DNA of 64,000 nt, taken from an uncultured bacterium (lineage in GTDB: Bacteria > Acidobacteriota > Thermoanaerobaculia > Multivoradales > JAHZIX01). A program made the translations under genes and the position numbers. The notes beneath the pieces are model-generated. The model was given only the letters and a program-made list of their open reading frames with translations. It was not told where the DNA came from and did not search any database. This document shows, in pieces, positions 61,343 to 64,000 of the stretch; within the stretch, counting starts at the first letter, position 1, and each line of letters starts with the position of its first letter. The DNA is taken from the NCBI GenBank assembly GCA_965368975.1, contig CBDUPA010000023.1, positions 28,332-92,331 of the forward strand, written 5' to 3'.

Positions 61343-62674
61343 ATGGAACAGCTACGAGTCAGCACACCCAGCGAGGCCTACTGGGCCTTCGATCCGTTCG
61401 CCGTGGTTGGCCCAGGTCATCTCTGGTACGAGGATCTCTCGGCACGTCTGTCGAAGCATCGTTACGGGCTTGGTGCAAAGTTGACCAACCATCTCCGGCC
61501 GGCGCTGAACGCCCCGGACTTCGTACAGGTTGCTGTTCTCGGGCAGAGCGGTGTCGGCAAGACGACGCAGGTCCAAGGTGCAATCGATGCCATGCCGCGC
61601 GAAGATGTTTTCCCGGTGATGATCAACGCCCAGACCGAACTCGATCCTAGTGATCTCGACTTCGCGGACATCTTGTTCACTCTGGCTCGGTCCGTGCTTG
61701 TAGCCCTCTTCGATGCCGGTATCGACGTGCCGGAGGCGGAGGCAAGGCTGTTGGAGGACTACTTCGCCGACGAGACCTACGTCGAGACCACCAAGCATGG
61801 GGTCAGCGCGACACTAGAGGCTGAGGCGAAAGCCGCGGGAGGTGTCCCGTTTCTGGCACAATTGCTGGCCCGCTTCAAAGCCAGCATGAAGGCGGAGAGC
61901 GACTATCGGCGCGAGGTGCGGCGTTCTGTGCAGCGCGATCCGCGAGAACTCGTCCGGCGCGTCAATTTTCTGCTCGACCAGGCAACCAAGTCGGTACGCC
62001 AGCGCCACGGCGCGCGTTGCCGGCTGCTGGTGGTGATCGACAATCTCGAGAAGTTCGAGAAGCGGGAGATCGTCGAGCGAGCGGTGATCAGCCGCGCGGG
62101 GGAACTGCGTGAGCTGCGCTGCCACCTCGTTGCGTTTCTGCATCCAGCCGATCTCTATGCTCCCCGGACGATTTCTGCAAGCGCTGCCTTTCAGAAAGTC
62201 ATCTCCGTTCCCGCGCTACCGATTCGGCAACGCAAGGATCTACCGGAGAGGGTCGAGTCGGACTGTGTGGCGGCGGTCCGGGCTCTCCTGGATCGCCGTG
62301 TTGATGTCGATGCGATCTTCGAGGATCCCGAGGCAGCGGTGACCCAGTTGCTGAGGCACTCGGGAGGACATCTGCGCGACGTGCTGGCGATAGCGCGCGA
62401 AGCCTGCGAACTCTTCACGGGGCCGAAGATCGGGTTGGAGCAGATCGATGCCGCGGCCCGTCGTCTGAGCCGGACTCACAACGCGAAGATTCGTCCAGGT
62501 GACTGGCCTCGCTTGCATGCGATTGCCGAGACGAAAGACATCGTGAGTGATCCCGTCGACGGGTACTTGCTGCTGCACTTGCTGGTGTTGGAGTACAACG
62601 GCGAAGCCTGGTGGGACGTGCATCCCTTCGTGCGCCTCGATCGGCGCTTCGATGCCGGCGCTTCTGCTTCCTGA
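61343..62674 (+). CDS. P-loop ATPase (AAA/STAND-like)
   Basis: Walker A GQSGVGKTT, Walker B LLVVIDNLEK, SGGHLRD, C-terminal LEYNGEAWWDVHP. Confidence 0.85.
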   Translation: MEQLRVSTPSEAYWAFDPFAVVGPGHLWYEDLSARLSKHRYGLGAKLTNHLRPALNAPDFVQVAVLGQSGVGKTTQVQGAIDAMPREDVFPVMINAQTELDPSDLDFADILFTLARSVLVALFDAGIDVPEAEARLLEDYFADETYVETTKHGVSATLEAEAKAAGGVPFLAQLLARFKASMKAESDYRREVRRSVQRDPRELVRRVNFLLDQATKSVRQRHGARCRLLVVIDNLEKFEKREIVERAVISRAGELRELRCHLVAFLHPADLYAPRTISASAAFQKVISVPALPIRQRKDLPERVESDCVAAVRALLDRRVDVDAIFEDPEAAVTQLLRHSGGHLRDVLAIAREACELFTGPKIGLEQIDAAARRLSRTHNAKIRPGDWPRLHAIAETKDIVSDPVDGYLLLHLLVLEYNGEAWWDVHPFVRLDRRFDAGASAS

Positions 62675-62682
62675 ACAGCGCC

Positions 62683-64000
62683 ATGACCGCTGAGGCGACA
62701 GCGTTCCGCGGTGAGTATGAACGGCTGTTGCGGTTCATCGTGGCGCCCGGTCAGTGCTTCGGCCTACTCGCGGCCTGTGTCGACGACTCTAGGCATGAAG
62801 CGGAACTGCGCGCGGCGATCACCGCCGATGCCCACAAGGTCGGTGTTGCTGTCGTCGAGGTTGATGTCCGAGACTTGCCGAGGGATGAGAGCATCATCGA
62901 TGCTCTTGCCCGGGCGCTCGGGGAGCCTGCGGGTTCGGTTCTCTTCGTCCGGAGTGCTGACCAACTGGCCCCTAGCACGGGGGACGGCCGTTTCGCTCGG
63001 GCTCTGAATTACGCTCGCGACCGCCTGCCGGAACTCGTGCCGGCCCGTCTCGTTTTGTGGTTCTCGTCGGAAGGTCGGATCCGCTTTGCCCAGGCTGCGC
63101 CGGATCTCTCGAATGTGATTCTGTCGACGCTGTATTTCCCCACCGAAGTCGAAGCGCCGCCGCAGCCGATGCTGCATCAGCTCGGGGATGGAGCCGGCTG
63201 GCACGCGAGAAGGTTGCCGGTGGACGATCCCGCAGCGCTGGCCGAGCGAGAGGTGCTCCTGCGTGTCGTGGGTGATGTCGAGGCAGCCATCGACTCGCGC
63301 CTCGATGCGGGCCTACGGATTGCGGAACTCGATGCCGCACGCGGAGAACTCTCAGAGGCGGTGAAGCGGGCTGAGAGCATGGTGGAGTTGGCGCGGAAGG
63401 AGGGGAGCTCTGCAAAGGTGGTAGATGGGCTCTCTCTTGTGGCGAGTATCGCCTACCGCACTGGTCGGATCTCGCAGGCGCTGGAGTGTCAGTTGGAGTT
63501 GCACAGGGAGCTGGAGAGCCTGCTGGAGGTTGAGCCCAAGTCGGTGCGGTTGCAGCGGCAGCTGGCTTGGTCCCATGTCGAGCTGGGCGATCTTTATAGC
63601 GCCCTTGGTCAGGGTGAACAGGCCCGTACGGCTTACCAGAACTCGCTTGAGATCGCTGAGCGTCTAGCGGAAGGCGAGCCCGACCGTGCTGACTACCAAC
63701 GGGACCTGTCTGTGTCGTACAACAAAGTCGGCGACCTTTATCGCGCCCTTGGTCAGGGTGAACAGGCCCGTACGGCTTACCAGAACAGCCTTGAGATCGC
63801 TGAGCGTCTAGCGGAAGGCGAGCCCGACCGTGCTGACTACCAACGGGACCTGTCTGTGTCGTACAACAAAGTCGGCGACCTTTATAGCGCCCTTGGTCAG
63901 GGTGAACAGGCCCGTACGGCTTACCAGAACAGCCTTGAGATCCGAGAGCGTCTAGCGGAAGGCGAGCCCGACCGTGCTGACTACCAACGGGACCTGTCTG
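62683..64000 (+). CDS. TPR protein with a degenerate ATPase-like N-terminal domain and near-identical 48-aa TPR repeats; runs off the right edge
   Basis: Not in the ORF track. Manual translation: MTAEATAFRGEYERLLRFI...ALNYARDRLPELVPARLVLWFS...AAPDLS..., then repeats GDLY(S/R)ALGQGEQARTAYQNSLEI(A/R)ERLAEGEPDRADYQRDLSVSYNKV. Confidence 0.88.
   Translation, partial: MTAEATAFRGEYERLLRFIVAPGQCFGLLAACVDDSRHEAELRAAITADAHKVGVAVVEVDVRDLPRDESIIDALARALGEPAGSVLFVRSADQLAPSTGDGRFARALNYARDRLPELVPARLVLWFSSEGRIRFAQAAPDLSNVILSTLYFPTEVEAPPQPMLHQLGDGAGWHARRLPVDDPAALAEREVLLRVVGDVEAAIDSRLDAGLRIAELDAARGELSEAVKRAESMVELARKEGSSAKVVDGLSLVASIAYRTGRISQALECQLELHRELESLLEVEPKSVRLQRQLAWSHVELGDLYSALGQGEQARTAYQNSLEIAERLAEGEPDRADYQRDLSVSYNKVGDLYRALGQGEQARTAYQNSLEIAERLAEGEPDRADYQRDLSVSYNKVGDLYSALGQGEQARTAYQNSLEIRERLAEGEPDRADYQRDLS
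63586..64000. repeat. 144-bp near-identical tandem repeats (units start at 63586, 63730, 63874)
   Basis: The units differ at only a handful of bases. Confidence 0.95.

Noticed and set aside
63586-64000. 144-bp repeats as a non-coding or CRISPR array
   Set aside because: They translate in frame as TPR units of the ORF starting at 62683 and have no spacers.

Overview
High-GC bacterial window with no rRNA, CRISPR array, integrase or transposase. The TPR-CHAT/ECF module, TonB-dependent receptors and a C-terminal IFADDFEAG motif suggest Acidobacteriota, possibly Thermoanaerobaculia (inference). Left to right: (1) ECF sigma factor, tandem-zinc-finger anti-sigma, secreted CS-alpha/beta defensin-like prepropeptide and secreted TPR-CHAT protease; (2) two paralogous thioesterase-less NRPSs (4+2 modules) downstream of a cis-prenyltransferase; (3) tonB, a B3/B4 protein, a DUF2868/GTPase pair, a low-GC orphan islet, vapBC, an AckA-PduL fusion, and a BNR protein with its decayed duplicate; (4) a compact operon in which a 60-aa double-glycine RiPP-like precursor is translationally coupled to a PhyH dioxygenase, followed by a truncated-C/A/T/FkbM NRPS, a stand-alone C domain, an (S/T)P-repeat protein and a second PhyH (best candidate for an undescribed RiPP-NRPS hybrid); (5) fused aconitase-family enzyme, CDGSH protein, btuB with cobalamin riboswitch, SSADH, three tRNAs, a second TonB-dependent receptor, trkAH and an amino acid symporter; (6) a second 6-Cys secreted prepropeptide and an ATPase/TPR pair with near-identical 144-bp repeats. 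About 15 unrelated tandem duplications with an exact 15-bp period are scattered across the window. All domain and substrate calls were made by eye from motifs; no searches were run.
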